From: Candidatus Lambdaproteobacteria bacterium
GTDB taxonomy: Bacteria > SAR324 > JACQKK01
Assembly (NCBI GenBank): GCA_016204605.1
Contig: JACQKK010000032.1
Coordinates: 6,361-70,360, forward strand
Direction of reading: 5' to 3'
Length of the DNA stretch: 64,000 nucleotides
The notes under the pieces were generated by a model. That model made no database searches. It was not told the DNA's origin and saw only the letters and a program-made list of their open reading frames with translations. A program made the position numbers and the translations under genes. Shown here piece after piece: positions 29,045 to 39,382 of the stretch (position 1 is the first letter of the stretch; each line of letters begins with the position of its first letter).

Positions 29045-29245
29045 GGCGCTCTCCTCGGCAGTTCGGATGCGGCAGGCGTTGCGGTTGCACCCCGCGGGGG
29101 TCGCCGCGGGGCGATCGCCATGCCATAACACAACGCCGCTCCCAAGTGCGCGAAAATCCCGCGGGTATCGCCCGGGCGGCCCCGGATCGCGAGGGTCTGG
29201 GCGGCGACAGGGAGTGGGTCAGTCTAAAAGCAGGCGCTCGTGCCC

Positions 29246-29372
29246 GCGGCCTCACCCACCCCAGGTCTCCCTCACCCAGCCGAGATTGAGGGAGCCACGA
29301 ACCAGCCACCGGCGCGGGATGTCATCACCCCTCCCCACCTGGTGGGGAGGGGCAGGGGTGGGGACGCTGCAG
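29246..29372. repeat. Composite BIME-like repeat (degenerate type B + type C)
   Basis: Collinear with 58994-59120; the part gccacc.gcgcgggatg.catcacccctccccac.tggtggggaggggcaggggtggggacgc is nearly identical. Confidence 0.8.
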
Positions 29373-29556
29373 CCGCGCCCGCGGCAGGGGGTGGGGCTGC
29401 AGCGCGTGCCGGCTCGGTACCACCACGCGAACCCACCACCCGGCGCGCTTGCCGCTTGCGCCGGGCGGGGCGTTGCGCTTTACTCGCTCGCGACCTGCCC
29501 GCCGGCGGGCAGAGGCTCCTTAACGTCCCCCACTCCCCGATCACCCGCGAGGCCCC

Positions 29557-30654
29557 ATGAGCGAAGATGTCACTGCCCGATTCCTGAACCTTCACGAGTT
29601 CGTCAAGCAGGCGCGCCTGAACCTCCCCCAGGGGCCCTGGGACTATCTGCGCGGCGGCGTCGAATCGGAGACGACCCTCCGGCGCAACCGGTTGGCGATC
29701 GATTCGATCGCCTTCCGCCCGCGCGTGCTGCGCGACGTCTCGAAGATCGACACCTCGACCACGTTCCTCGGCAAGAAGATCCGCATCCCGGTGTGCCTGG
29801 CACCGGTCGGCGCGATGGAGCAGTTCGTCGAGGGCGGCGCCGCCGCCGCGGGCAAAGCCTCGGAGCAGTTCAACATCCCGCAGATGCTCAGCTCCGTGTG
29901 CCAGCCCGGCCTGGAAGGGCTGGCCAAGGCCGCGAACAACTTCCGCCTCTTCCAGCTCTACGTCAGGGGCGACCGGGCCTGGGTGGAGGATCACGTCAAG
30001 CGCGCCCAGGCCAACGGCTACACGGCGTTCTGCTTCACGGTGGATGTGGCCCACTACAGCCGCCGCGAGCGCGACATCGCCAAGCGCTGGGGCCACCCGG
30101 GGCGCCGCAACGTGGGGGGACGCCAGTTCCAGGCCGCGCTCAACTGGGACGACATGAAGCGCTTCAAGGATCAGCACCCCGATTACCCGCTGATCATCAA
30201 GGGCATCGCCACCGCCGAGGATGCGGCCATGGCCTGCGCCATCGGCACCGAGGTGATCTACGTCTCGAATCATGGCGGACGGCAGCTCGACCACGGCCGC
30301 GGCTCCATCGACGTGCTGCCCGAGGTGGTGGCCGAGGTGAAGGGGCGCGCCGCCGTGATGGTCGACGGCGGCTTCATGCGCGGCGCCGACGTGCTCAAGG
30401 CCGTTGCGCTGGGCGCCACCATGGTCGCCATCGGCCGGCTGGAGTGCATCGCCCTCGCCGCGGCGGGCACCGAGGGACTCGTGCGCGCCATGGAGCTGAT
30501 GCAGGAGGAGATGGAGTGCTCGATGGCGCTGCTCGGCGTCACCACCCTCAAGGAGCTGAACCGGAACTACCTGCACCACCCGGTCGCCCCCGCCAACCCC
30601 CCCGCCGTGTTCAGCGCGTACCCGCTGCTGGACCTGACCGGCGAGGGGTATTGA
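29557..30654 (+). CDS. FMN-dependent alpha-hydroxy acid oxidase/dehydrogenase
   Basis: FRPRVLRDVS, LAPVG, FQLY, FTVD, IIKGI, VSNHGGRQLD, DGG..RGADV.KA.ALGA. Confidence 0.93.
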   Translation: MSEDVTARFLNLHEFVKQARLNLPQGPWDYLRGGVESETTLRRNRLAIDSIAFRPRVLRDVSKIDTSTTFLGKKIRIPVCLAPVGAMEQFVEGGAAAAGKASEQFNIPQMLSSVCQPGLEGLAKAANNFRLFQLYVRGDRAWVEDHVKRAQANGYTAFCFTVDVAHYSRRERDIAKRWGHPGRRNVGGRQFQAALNWDDMKRFKDQHPDYPLIIKGIATAEDAAMACAIGTEVIYVSNHGGRQLDHGRGSIDVLPEVVAEVKGRAAVMVDGGFMRGADVLKAVALGATMVAIGRLECIALAAAGTEGLVRAMELMQEEMECSMALLGVTTLKELNRNYLHHPVAPANPPAVFSAYPLLDLTGEGY

Positions 30655-30691
30655 CGACGCGCTCCCGGCCACCGCGCTTGACCCACGGTGC

Positions 30692-30721
30692 TTGACCCCC
30701 CGCGCGGGGCGGGGGGATACT
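30692..30721 (+). promoter_or_regulatory. Putative sigma70 promoter for the TA-leuCD unit
   Basis: TTGACC (30692-30697), 18-nt spacer, GATACT (30716-30721). Confidence 0.5.
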
Positions 30722-30808
30722 GGGGCTCAGGCGCGAAGTATACGCAGTGACCCATTGCTCCGGAATGCGACAATTCCGTGTATCCGGACACCCATCGAGA
30801 TTGCGCCC

Positions 30809-31195
30809 ATGGCACCTCCGCAAGCACTTTTTGACACCGTCCAGACAGGATACCTGCCGGGGCTTTGGAAACACCCCGGCGAGGTGGATGGGAGGGCAGT
30901 CGTCAAGATGCTCTCGTTCACGGCTCCCGAGACGGCGAGGGCTGCAGGCGTGCCCCGCAAGAGCGTGAATTTGCAGCGTCCCCACAAGGAGCTTGAAGAA
31001 CGCTTTCGTCAATGGGCTATGCTGATCGAGCAGGTCGCCAAATTCTTTGAAGGGGACGAAGACAAGACAATGCTTTGGTTTCGGACTGAGAATCCGATGC
31101 TGGGCGGTCTAAAACCAAGAGAGATGATTCAATTCGGACGCGCGGACAAGTTGAAGCGGATCATTGCCGATGCGGTTGCAGGCGAGCTTCCGTGA
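30809..31195 (+). CDS. Antitoxin, Xre/MbcA/ParS-like C-terminal domain
   Basis: FFEGDEDKTMLWFRTENPMLGGLKPREMI matches the W...N..LGG..P antitoxin motif; lower-GC islet. Confidence 0.8.
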   Translation: MAPPQALFDTVQTGYLPGLWKHPGEVDGRAVVKMLSFTAPETARAAGVPRKSVNLQRPHKELEERFRQWAMLIEQVAKFFEGDEDKTMLWFRTENPMLGGLKPREMIQFGRADKLKRIIADAVAGELP

Positions 31196-31239
31196 GTGGC
31201 TGCGAGGAGAATTTCGTTGGGAAGCCGTGACCCATTGCG

Positions 31240-32112
31240 TTGCGACATGTGGCGAGAAGAATCCTTGAGACGGTATCGCTTAGATCCCTTCGGCAGCAGC
31301 TCTCTGCCGAAGCCAATCACCGCGCATTCCGGGCCGCAGTTCGAGCCGCATTCGCGACGATGCGGTCAGCAGCCAGGAGTGACCTGAATCGGGCGCTCTT
31401 CGAAGCGTCGCAACCCACGTCGTTCAGCCGGTGGCAAAGACGTGTTTCGATCAAGTACTCGCTGTCCCCGCTCTCGGCTCGCGGTAGTCGGTTGAACGCA
31501 ATCGGTGGGCGATTCAACATTGGTGAAATTGACTCGTCCCAATTCCATCCGTTTCCAGCCCTGTATCTCGGCTGCGACCTGGATACCGTCCTCCGGGAAT
31601 CCATTGGAGACGCTGATCCTCCACCTGGACTAACCACATTGGATGTGGCTCTCCAAAGGCCAGAGTCGTTCTCCGTTTATTCCGTTGAAGGAAAGATTGA
31701 CATTGTCTTGGATATAACCAATCGGAACAACCTCGTTCCATATGTGAACTGTATCAAGGCCTTCAAATACCCAGTGGAAATCATACAGTGGGCAGCCAAG
31801 AAGGGATATCAGACTGGTGTTGTTGACAGTGTAGACAAGCTCGTGACGGAACTTCTCCATCCGCATTGGAGGCAATACGCAGCGTTGCACGGCATCCCTT
31901 CGAACCCGCAAGAATTCGGGCAGCAGGTGCGGGACGCGGGCATCGAGGCCATCAAGTACCCCTCCGTGAAGTCGGGCAAGCCCTGCCTTGCGATCTTTCC
32001 TGAAAACTTCCAGCATTCGGACTCGTATGTGGAGTTGTGCGAGGACCCTCCGGAAAACTCGAAGGACGTGATCCGGCGTCTGGATCGAGACACCTGGTCG
32101 AAGCTCATCTGA
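31240..32112 (+). CDS. RES-domain toxin (ParT/MbcT-like NAD+-consuming)
   Basis: WQRR, GGRFN, ALYLG...[21 protein letters not shown] give the R, E and S signature residues; exact start uncertain. Confidence 0.85.
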   Translation: MRHVARRILETVSLRSLRQQLSAEANHRAFRAAVRAAFATMRSAARSDLNRALFEASQPTSFSRWQRRVSIKYSLSPLSARGSRLNAIGGRFNIGEIDSSQFHPFPALYLGCDLDTVLRESIGDADPPPGLTTLDVALQRPESFSVYSVEGKIDIVLDITNRNNLVPYVNCIKAFKYPVEIIQWAAKKGYQTGVVDSVDKLVTELLHPHWRQYAALHGIPSNPQEFGQQVRDAGIEAIKYPSVKSGKPCLAIFPENFQHSDSYVELCEDPPENSKDVIRRLDRDTWSKLI

Positions 32113-32134
32113 TACCCCCGAATACCAAGGCACC

Positions 32135-33544
32135 ATGGGCAAGACGCTGTTCGAGAAGATCTGGGAGCTGCACGCCGTGGGCGAGGAGAGCGGCCAGACG
32201 ATCCTGTTCATCGACCGCCACCTGATCCACGAGGTGACGACGCCCCAGGCCTTCGAGGGGCTGCGGCTGGAGGGCCGCGGCGTGCGTTCGGTCGAGCGCA
32301 CGATCGCCGTGATCGACCACAACATCCCCACCATCCACCAGACGGCGCCCATCGAGGACCCCATCGCCGCCAAGCAGGTGGAGACCCTGCGGCAGAACGT
32401 GAAGGCCCACGGCATCACGCTGTTCGAGATCGGCGACCCCCGCAACGGGATCGTCCACATCGTGGGGCCGGAGCAGGGCATCACCCAGCCCGGCATGACC
32501 ATCGTCTGCGGCGACTCGCACACGGCCACCCACGGCGCCTTCGGGGCGCTGGCCTTCGGCATCGGCACCAGCGAGGTCGAGCACGTGCTGGCTACGCAGA
32601 CCCTGCTGCAGAAGAAGCCCAGGACGATGCAGGTGCAGGTTCAGGGGCGCGCCGCCTCGGGCACGGGCGCCAAGGACATCATCCTGGCCCTGATCGGCAA
32701 GATCGGCATCGCGGGGGGGATCGGCCACGTGATCGAGTACAGCGGCGAGGCCGTCCGCGCCCTCTCGATGGAAGGGCGGATGACGCTCTGCAACATGTCC
32801 ATCGAGGCCGGCGCCCGCGCGGGGATGGTCGCGCCCGACGAGACGACCTACGCCTACCTGAAGGGCCGCCCGTATGCGCCCCAGGGCGCCCAATGGGAGC
32901 ATGCGCTCGCCTGGTGGAAGACGCTCCCCAGCGACCCCGACGCCCGGTTCGACAAGGTCGTCACGCTGAACGCGGCGGAGCTGGTGCCGCAGGTGACCTG
33001 GGGCACCAACCCCGGCATGGTGACCACCATCGAGGGGCGCGTGCCCGATCCCAAGCAGGAACGCGACCCCGCCCGCCGCGAGGCCATCGAGCGCGCGCTC
33101 GCCTACATGGACCTGAAGCCGGGCACGCCGATGACGGAGATCCGGCTGGACCGCGTATTCATCGGCTCCTGCACCAACAGCCGCATCGAGGACCTGCGCG
33201 AGGCCGCCCGCTACGTCAAGGGCAAGCAGGTGGCTCCGGGCGTGCGCGCGCTGGTGGTGCCCGGCAGCGGGCTCATCAAGCAGCAGGCCGAGCGCGAGGG
33301 GCTGGACAAGGTCTTCACCGCCGCCGGCTTCGAGTGGCGCGAGCCCGGCTGCTCGATGTGCCTGGGGATGAACCCCGATATCCTCGCCCCCGGCGAGCGC
33401 TGCGCCAGCACCAGCAACCGCAACTTCGAGGGTCGCCAGGGTCGCGGCGGCAGGACGCACCTTTGCAGCCCCGCCATGGCCGCCGCTGCCGCCATCGCCG
33501 GCCGGTTCGTGGACATCCGCACGCTCACGCCGGCGGCGGGGTAA
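32135..33544 (+). CDS. leuC: 3-isopropylmalate dehydratase large subunit
   Basis: [74 protein letters not shown]. Confidence 0.98.
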   Translation: MGKTLFEKIWELHAVGEESGQTILFIDRHLIHEVTTPQAFEGLRLEGRGVRSVERTIAVIDHNIPTIHQTAPIEDPIAAKQVETLRQNVKAHGITLFEIGDPRNGIVHIVGPEQGITQPGMTIVCGDSHTATHGAFGALAFGIGTSEVEHVLATQTLLQKKPRTMQVQVQGRAASGTGAKDIILALIGKIGIAGGIGHVIEYSGEAVRALSMEGRMTLCNMSIEAGARAGMVAPDETTYAYLKGRPYAPQGAQWEHALAWWKTLPSDPDARFDKVVTLNAAELVPQVTWGTNPGMVTTIEGRVPDPKQERDPARREAIERALAYMDLKPGTPMTEIRLDRVFIGSCTNSRIEDLREAARYVKGKQVAPGVRALVVPGSGLIKQQAEREGLDKVFTAAGFEWREPGCSMCLGMNPDILAPGERCASTSNRNFEGRQGRGGRTHLCSPAMAAAAAIAGRFVDIRTLTPAAG

Positions 33545-33556
33545 CGTGGGCGACCG

Positions 33557-33838
33557 ATGGCGACTCCGGAGGCCGTGCAATGGCGTATCTTCTGGGTCGA
33601 AGGATTCCAGGTGGTCATCCGCCGACAAGGCGGGCGACCGATGCCCCGCAACATGACGCGCTGGAACTACGGGTATCGGGAGGCCGCCCCCGGCGCAATG
33701 ACGGTCCGCGAGTGGAAGCGCGAGCGGTTCGCGACCCGCTATCCCGACTACGCCTGCGACGTGCTGGACGGCCGTGGCTTTCCGGCGGCGGACGACACGA
33801 CCCTGATCCGCCTCCGCGACCGCGTGCTGGAAGAATAG
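33557..33838 (+). CDS. Small hypothetical protein between leuC and leuD
   Basis: 93-aa ORF with tight spacing to both neighbours and host-like codon usage. Confidence 0.7.
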   Translation: MATPEAVQWRIFWVEGFQVVIRRQGGRPMPRNMTRWNYGYREAAPGAMTVREWKRERFATRYPDYACDVLDGRGFPAADDTTLIRLRDRVLEE

Positions 33839-33866
33839 CGTTGACCCTCAACCGATGGACGATGCC

Positions 33867-34478
33867 ATGCAGCCCTTCAAGACCCTGACCGCCCTGGCCG
33901 TGCCCTTGCGGCGCGACAACGTGGACACTGACGCCATCATCCCCAAGCAGTACCTGAAGAGCATCCTGCGCACGGGGTACGGCCCGAACCTGTTCGACGA
34001 GTGGCGTTACCTGGAGTCGGACCCGAGCAAGCCCAACCCGGAGTTCGTGCTGAACTTCCCGCGCTACGCGGGGGCGCAGATTCTGGTGGTGGGGCAGAAC
34101 TTCGGCTGCGGGTCGAGTCGCGAGCACGCCCCCTGGGCGCTGCGGGACTATGGCTTCCGCGCCATCGTCGGGGTGAGCTTCGCCGACATCTTCTACAACA
34201 ACTCGCTCAAGAACGGGCTGCTGCCGGCCATCGTGGCGGCGGAGGGGGTGGCGAAGCTGATGGACGAGATCGAGGCCAACCCCGGCACCCGCATCACCGT
34301 GGACCTGGCCGCGCAGCGGGTCACCTCGCCCAAGGGGCTCTCGCTGCCGTTCCAGATCGCCCCCGACGCGAAGCGCCTGCTGCTGGAGGGGCTCGACGAG
34401 ATCGGCCTCACCCTCCAGCACGCCGCCCGGATCGACGCCTACGAGCAGGCCCGTCAGGCGAGGCTGCCCTGGCTGTAG
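33867..34478 (+). CDS. leuD: 3-isopropylmalate dehydratase small subunit
   Basis: [49 protein letters not shown]. Confidence 0.98.
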   Translation: MQPFKTLTALAVPLRRDNVDTDAIIPKQYLKSILRTGYGPNLFDEWRYLESDPSKPNPEFVLNFPRYAGAQILVVGQNFGCGSSREHAPWALRDYGFRAIVGVSFADIFYNNSLKNGLLPAIVAAEGVAKLMDEIEANPGTRITVDLAAQRVTSPKGLSLPFQIAPDAKRLLLEGLDEIGLTLQHAARIDAYEQARQARLPWL

Positions 34479-34492
34479 CGTCGCGCCTGCGA

Positions 34493-34940
34493 CCTCACCC
34501 TCCCCGGCCCCATGCATGTTAACCTGCCACCCCGCCGTTCGTGACTTCCGCGAGATCGCGATTCGTCGGCGCTCCATTTGTGATTCCGTTGTCGTGTTCC
34601 GGCTTCGTTGAGCGTCCCTGGCTGAAATGCGCATGGCTCGCGGCTTTCGGCGTCCCCACCCCGCCCTTCGGGCACCCCTCCCCACCTGGTGGGGAGGGGA
34701 CGGGGGAGAGGACACGCACGTTGACAAGGCCGCGGCGCATCTGTTCCCGTCACGGCCCGCAAACGAGCCACAGGGGCCGACGCTCGTCATAGGTTAACGC
34801 CTATGCCCGCCGGTTCCGTCTCCATGTGAATGGACAGGGAGGGGGCGCGCCACCGGAAGCACCACCGCGCATCCGGGCCGCCCGCACGGCCGCGAGCGAT
34901 CGCCCCTCTCCATGTGAATGGAGAGGGGTCGGGGGTGAGG
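34493..34940. repeat. Cluster of REP-like repeats between convergent leuD and GH84 genes
   Basis: Truncated type B at 34493, full type A at 34652-34717, and two copies of TCTCCATGTGAATGGA (34819-34834, 34907-34922). Confidence 0.75.
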
Positions 34941-34956
34941 CCGCGCGAAGCGCCCC

Positions 34957-36279
34957 TTACGGCTTGAACCACGGTTCGAGCACGCGCGGGTGTTCCGCAT
35001 GCCAGGCGACCAGCAGGGGCTCGCGCGCCCGCAGGTCGCCTTCGGCCACGTAGGAACCGAACAGGGCGCGAGCCTGGCGCAGGCGCAGCAGCCAGGGCTC
35101 GGCCTCGCAGAACATCTCGGGGGGCAGGGTGGCGTCCAGGGTCGCGAGCAGGTCCGCATACTCGCGCACCAATGACGCGGGGAGGGAGCCTTCCCCCTGT
35201 GCGCCCTGCCAGGCGGCTGCCAGCCGGGCGATCAGCCCCTCGACCGGGGCCGGGGCCAGCGGCTCGGCGGGCGGGGCCAGGCAGGAGCGGCGGGTGAGCG
35301 CCTCCAGCGCGGCGAAGGGCACCCGGGCGTCCGGCGGGAGCAGCGCCTCCAGCGCGCGCCGCCACGCCTCGCGCGGGCGGTAGCCGGCGGGGTCGGCGGC
35401 GTACTGGAGGCAGGTCGCGGCCGGGATCGCTCCCAGGGCGGGCTGGAGCATCGGGTTGAGCAGGTAGCCGCGGATGGCGCGGGGCAGGTCGGCGGCCCGA
35501 CCGGAGAGCGGCCCCAGGTGCAAGTCGTTCACCATGGCGGCGTCGTTGACGGGGTAGTTGTCCCAGAGCAGCAGCGGCCGCTCCGCTGCCGTCGTGCCCT
35601 GGCCCCGCCACGCGGCGAGGTCGGCCAGCGTGATCGTCTGCGAGCACACGCTTGGGCCGGTCCAGAACCAGGCCACGTCGGGCGGGAGCCCCGCATGCAG
35701 GGTGGCCAGGTAGCCCGGCTCGAACGGCCCCCACTGCCGCGCGACCATGGGATCGAGCGAGTACAGGCTGGGGCAGACCCACCACAGCAGCCCCCCGGGC
35801 GCGGGTTCCACCCGCCGGCGGATCTCGGTCACCGCGTGGGCCTGGGCGCGCGCCAGCGAGCCGCCGAAGCGCGTGCCGCCCGGCGCGACGGCGCTGGTCG
35901 GCACGTCGTCGAACAGGATCGCGCAGCCGCCAAGCCCCAGGCCCGCCAGGGCGCGGCATTTCCCGGCGACCGCCTCCAGGTGCGCGTCGCGCGTGGGGTC
36001 GAAGGGCTGTTCGAGGTGGAGCCCGGCCAGCAGCCGGATGCCCCGCGCCGCGCAGGCGTGGGCCAGGTCGCGCAGGCGCTCCGCGTCGGCCCCCAAGAGC
36101 GGCTCCAGCAGCGCCTTGGCCAGCAGGGGATCGTGCTTGGGCGCATAGAGATACGCATCGAGCCCGAAGCGCCGCAGGTCGTCGATGAAGCGCAGGCGTG
36201 CCGCGGGTGCCCAGAGGGGGCCATAGAACCCTTCGACGACCCCCGTGAACTGGAAGCGCGCCGTGTCGCGTTCAGTCAT
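34957..36279 (-). CDS. GH84 beta-N-acetylglucosaminidase (O-GlcNAcase-like)
   Basis: GVVEGFYG, YLYAPK.DP, catalytic ILFDD, CP..Y, FWTG..V, LWDNYPVND, LHLGP, LNPM. Confidence 0.9.
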   Translation of the reverse strand: MTERDTARFQFTGVVEGFYGPLWAPAARLRFIDDLRRFGLDAYLYAPKHDPLLAKALLEPLLGADAERLRDLAHACAARGIRLLAGLHLEQPFDPTRDAHLEAVAGKCRALAGLGLGGCAILFDDVPTSAVAPGGTRFGGSLARAQAHAVTEIRRRVEPAPGGLLWWVCPSLYSLDPMVARQWGPFEPGYLATLHAGLPPDVAWFWTGPSVCSQTITLADLAAWRGQGTTAAERPLLLWDNYPVNDAAMVNDLHLGPLSGRAADLPRAIRGYLLNPMLQPALGAIPAATCLQYAADPAGYRPREAWRRALEALLPPDARVPFAALEALTRRSCLAPPAEPLAPAPVEGLIARLAAAWQGAQGEGSLPASLVREYADLLATLDATLPPEMFCEAEPWLLRLRQARALFGSYVAEGDLRAREPLLVAWHAEHPRVLEPWFKP

Positions 36280-36653
36280 GAGAGGCGATCCTTGTCGATG
36301 TGCGCGTCAACGGGCGAAGGGTCGCCTCCGTCCGTGGGTGTTCGGCAGCCCCAATCGACCCCAGGTCGGCCGTAAAATCAACGGGGCCGTCCGGCCCGAG
36401 GGGGGGGTCCCGCCCTGCCGGTGCCGGGTGGGCACGGGGGACGCAGCCGGCCGCGACCCGCCCTCGCGCCGGCGTTCCGGGCTCGCCCCCCGGGAAGCCT
36501 CACCCCCGGCGGCTCCGCGGTGAGCAGGGGATCGGAAATCGTCGGGGCGCGCCTTGCCAGCGGGGTGCGCGTTGCGTAGGATGACGGTTGGCTCACAGGA
36601 CACGATGCCGCGCCGTGATTTCCGGCGGTTTGGCCAGAGCGGGGGTGCGGGTG

Positions 36654-38303
36654 ATGAACGTAACGTCGCTGGCCGAGCGGTTCAGGGGTCGCGGGCCGCT
36701 GATCATGATCGTGCTCGATGGCTGGGGCATCGGCGCCCACGACGAGGGCGACGCCATCCACCACGCCCGCAAGCCCACCATGGATGCGCTGCTGGCGGGC
36801 AGCGCGCACTCGGCGATCTATACCCATGGGCTGTATGTCGGCCTGCCCGCGCCCAAGGACATCGGCGGGTCGGAGGTGGGCCACATGACGATGGGGGCCG
36901 GGCGGATCATGGCGCAGGGCCCCACGCGCATCGGCAGACTGCTGGCGAGCGGCGCGTTCTTCGAGAGCGAGGTGCTGCGCACGCTGATCGACAACTGCGT
37001 GCAGCGCAACGTGCCGCTGCACCTGATCGGGCTGCTCTCGGACGGCAACGTCCACAGCCACATCACCCACTTCGAGCGGATCATCGACCACGCCGCCGCG
37101 CGGGGCGTCCGGCGGCTGTATGTGCACGCCCTGCTCGACGGGCGCGACGTGCCCTACCAGTCGGCGCTGGATTACGTGGAGCCGCTCGAGGCCAAGCTGG
37201 CCGCGCTCTCCCGCGAGCGGCCGGGACGCGACTACGCCATCGCCAGCGGCGGAGGTCGCGAGGTGATCACCATGGATCGCGACCAGAACTGGGAGAAGGT
37301 GCGGCGCGGCTGGGCGGTGCACGTGCACGGGCGCGAAGGCGAGCCGGTGGCTTCGGCCTCGGCGGCCATCCGCGCCGCGCGGGAGCGAGCGCCCGACATG
37401 GTGGATCAGGATCTGCCGCCCTTCGTGGTGGTACGCGCAGGCCGGCCGGTGGGGCCGATCCAGGACGGCCACTCGGTCGTGTTCATGAACTTCCGCGGCG
37501 ACCGGGCGATCGAGTTCTCCCGGGCCATGGTCGAGGACGATTTCGCCGGCTTCGACCGCAGCCCGCGCCCGCGCGTGCGCTATGCCGGCATGATGAAGTA
37601 CGACGAGGACACGAACCTGCCGCCCGAGACGCTGGTCGAGACGGCCGGGGTGGAGCGGCCCTTCGGGCGGCGCATCCTCGAGCTGGGCATGCACCAGTTC
37701 CGGCTGGCCGAGACGCAGAAGTACGCCCACGTCACCTTCTTCTTCAACGGCGGCTACCGCGAGCCCCTGGACCCCTCCCGCGAGACCTACGAGCTGATTC
37801 CCTCGGAGCGGGTGGATTCCTTCGCGAAGGCCCCCGCCATGCGGGCGCGGGAGATCGGGCAGAAGGCGGAGGCCTTCATCCGCAGCAAGCGCTACCGGTT
37901 CGGGCTGATCAACTTCGCCAACACCGACATGGTGGGCCACACGGGCGACCTGGTCGCCGCCATCAAGGCCACGGAGGCGGTGGATCGCGCCCTGGCGGGC
38001 ATCGTCAACGCCCTGCGCGAGGTGGGCGGGCTGGCGCTGGTGACCGCCGATCACGGAAACGCCGAGGAGATGATCGCGCTCAATCCCAAGACCGGCCGGC
38101 GCGAGCCGAGCACGCGCCACTCGCTCAACCCCGTGCCGGTGGTGCTGTTCGATCCGCTCTACCGGGGAGCGGGAGACTACCGGTTGCGGCCCCTCGACGA
38201 TGGCAAGCCCAACACCCTGGCCAACGTGATGGCCACCCACTACATCCTGCTCGGACTGAAACCGCCCGATGACGTGGACGCACCCCTGTTCGACCTCGCC
38301 TGA
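36654..38303 (+). CDS. gpmI: 2,3-bisphosphoglycerate-independent phosphoglycerate mutase
   Basis: IVLDGWG, GSEVGH, GLLSDGNVHSH, LDGRD, NFRGDRA, AETQKYAHVTFFFNG, DMVGHTG, TADHGNAE. Confidence 0.95.
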   Translation: MNVTSLAERFRGRGPLIMIVLDGWGIGAHDEGDAIHHARKPTMDALLAGSAHSAIYTHGLYVGLPAPKDIGGSEVGHMTMGAGRIMAQGPTRIGRLLASGAFFESEVLRTLIDNCVQRNVPLHLIGLLSDGNVHSHITHFERIIDHAAARGVRRLYVHALLDGRDVPYQSALDYVEPLEAKLAALSRERPGRDYAIASGGGREVITMDRDQNWEKVRRGWAVHVHGREGEPVASASAAIRAARERAPDMVDQDLPPFVVVRAGRPVGPIQDGHSVVFMNFRGDRAIEFSRAMVEDDFAGFDRSPRPRVRYAGMMKYDEDTNLPPETLVETAGVERPFGRRILELGMHQFRLAETQKYAHVTFFFNGGYREPLDPSRETYELIPSERVDSFAKAPAMRAREIGQKAEAFIRSKRYRFGLINFANTDMVGHTGDLVAAIKATEAVDRALAGIVNALREVGGLALVTADHGNAEEMIALNPKTGRREPSTRHSLNPVPVVLFDPLYRGAGDYRLRPLDDGKPNTLANVMATHYILLGLKPPDDVDAPLFDLA

Positions 38304-38453
38304 CCGGACGACGAACCTCGGGCCGGTCGCGGCGCAGCCGTGACGGAAAGCGGAAGATTCGGCGTTTACCAGCCACGATGACATGAACCGCAGCCTGGCG
38401 GCGGGAGCCGGGGATGAGCCCGGCCGGGGGCCCGCTCGGCGCGACTTGATGGC

Positions 38454-39218
38454 GTGCCCGTGCAGACGACACTCGAAAACATACGCCGCGAGGCGGCCGA
38501 AAACCTGCGGCGGCTCTCGGAAAATCCCTACCCCGGGCGCGGCATCATCCTGGGGCGCTCCGCCGATGGCGAGCGGCTGGTGCAGGTGTACTGGATCATG
38601 GGGCGGAGCGAGAACAGCCGCAACCGCGTGATCGTGGCGCGCGGAGGGCTGGTGCGCACCGAGCCGATCGACCTCGCCAAGGTGGAGCATCCGCGCCTGG
38701 TGATCTACACGGCCATGCGCGAGCTGCCGGGCCAGTACTTCGTCTCCAACGGCGACCAGACCGATATCATGGTCGAGGCGATCGAATCCGGCGGCACGTA
38801 CCAGGAAGGGCTGCGGGAGTGCACGCACGAGCCCGACGAACCCAACTGGACGCCGCGCATCGCGGGCGCCTTCCAGGTGGAGCCGGGGCGCGTGCGCGCC
38901 TTTCTGGCGATCATCCGGGCGGATCGCTTCGACACGGCGCGCTCCACGCGCTTCTTCTACGAATACGAGGAGCCGCCGCCGGGCTTCGGAGTGTGCATCA
39001 CGACGTACCGGGGCAACGGCACGCCGCTGCCACCCTTCCAGGGGGAGCCGCTGCTGCTCCCGCTGGCGGGGGAGACCGGTGAGCTCGGCAACATGTTGTG
39101 GAACCGGCTCAACGAGAAGAACCGCATCTCCCTCGCGGTGAAGCTCATCAACCCGGCCGACGGCGAATCCACCGTCACCGTCATCAACAAGTTCGCCAAA
39201 CGGCCCGGGTCGCGCTGA
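38454..39218 (+). CDS. IMP cyclohydrolase, PurO-like (Ntn-fold) family
   Basis: NPYPGRGIILG, YWIMGRSENSRNR, VSNGDQTD, EPDEPNWTPRI, ITTY.G.G.PLP.F.GEP. Confidence 0.8.
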   Translation: MPVQTTLENIRREAAENLRRLSENPYPGRGIILGRSADGERLVQVYWIMGRSENSRNRVIVARGGLVRTEPIDLAKVEHPRLVIYTAMRELPGQYFVSNGDQTDIMVEAIESGGTYQEGLRECTHEPDEPNWTPRIAGAFQVEPGRVRAFLAIIRADRFDTARSTRFFYEYEEPPPGFGVCITTYRGNGTPLPPFQGEPLLLPLAGETGELGNMLWNRLNEKNRISLAVKLINPADGESTVTVINKFAKRPGSR

Positions 39219-39382
39219 ACCGGCGAGGGCGGCCCGCGCAACGGTCGGGGTCTGCCGCGCGGTGCGCCCGCTCAAGTTTTCGCCGCCCGGGCCGATAGCG
39301 GACCCAGAGAGCGTGTGGCGGCGCGGTCCGGGGTCGCTGGTGGGAAACCGGGTCGTCGGCATCCTCTAAACCGGAGCGGCCC

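Noticed and set aside
30700-32130. Terminal inverted repeats or target duplication around the TA islet
   Set aside because: Only weak matches (ggggggatac vs gatacccccg) and no transposase or integrase, so not called as a mobile element.
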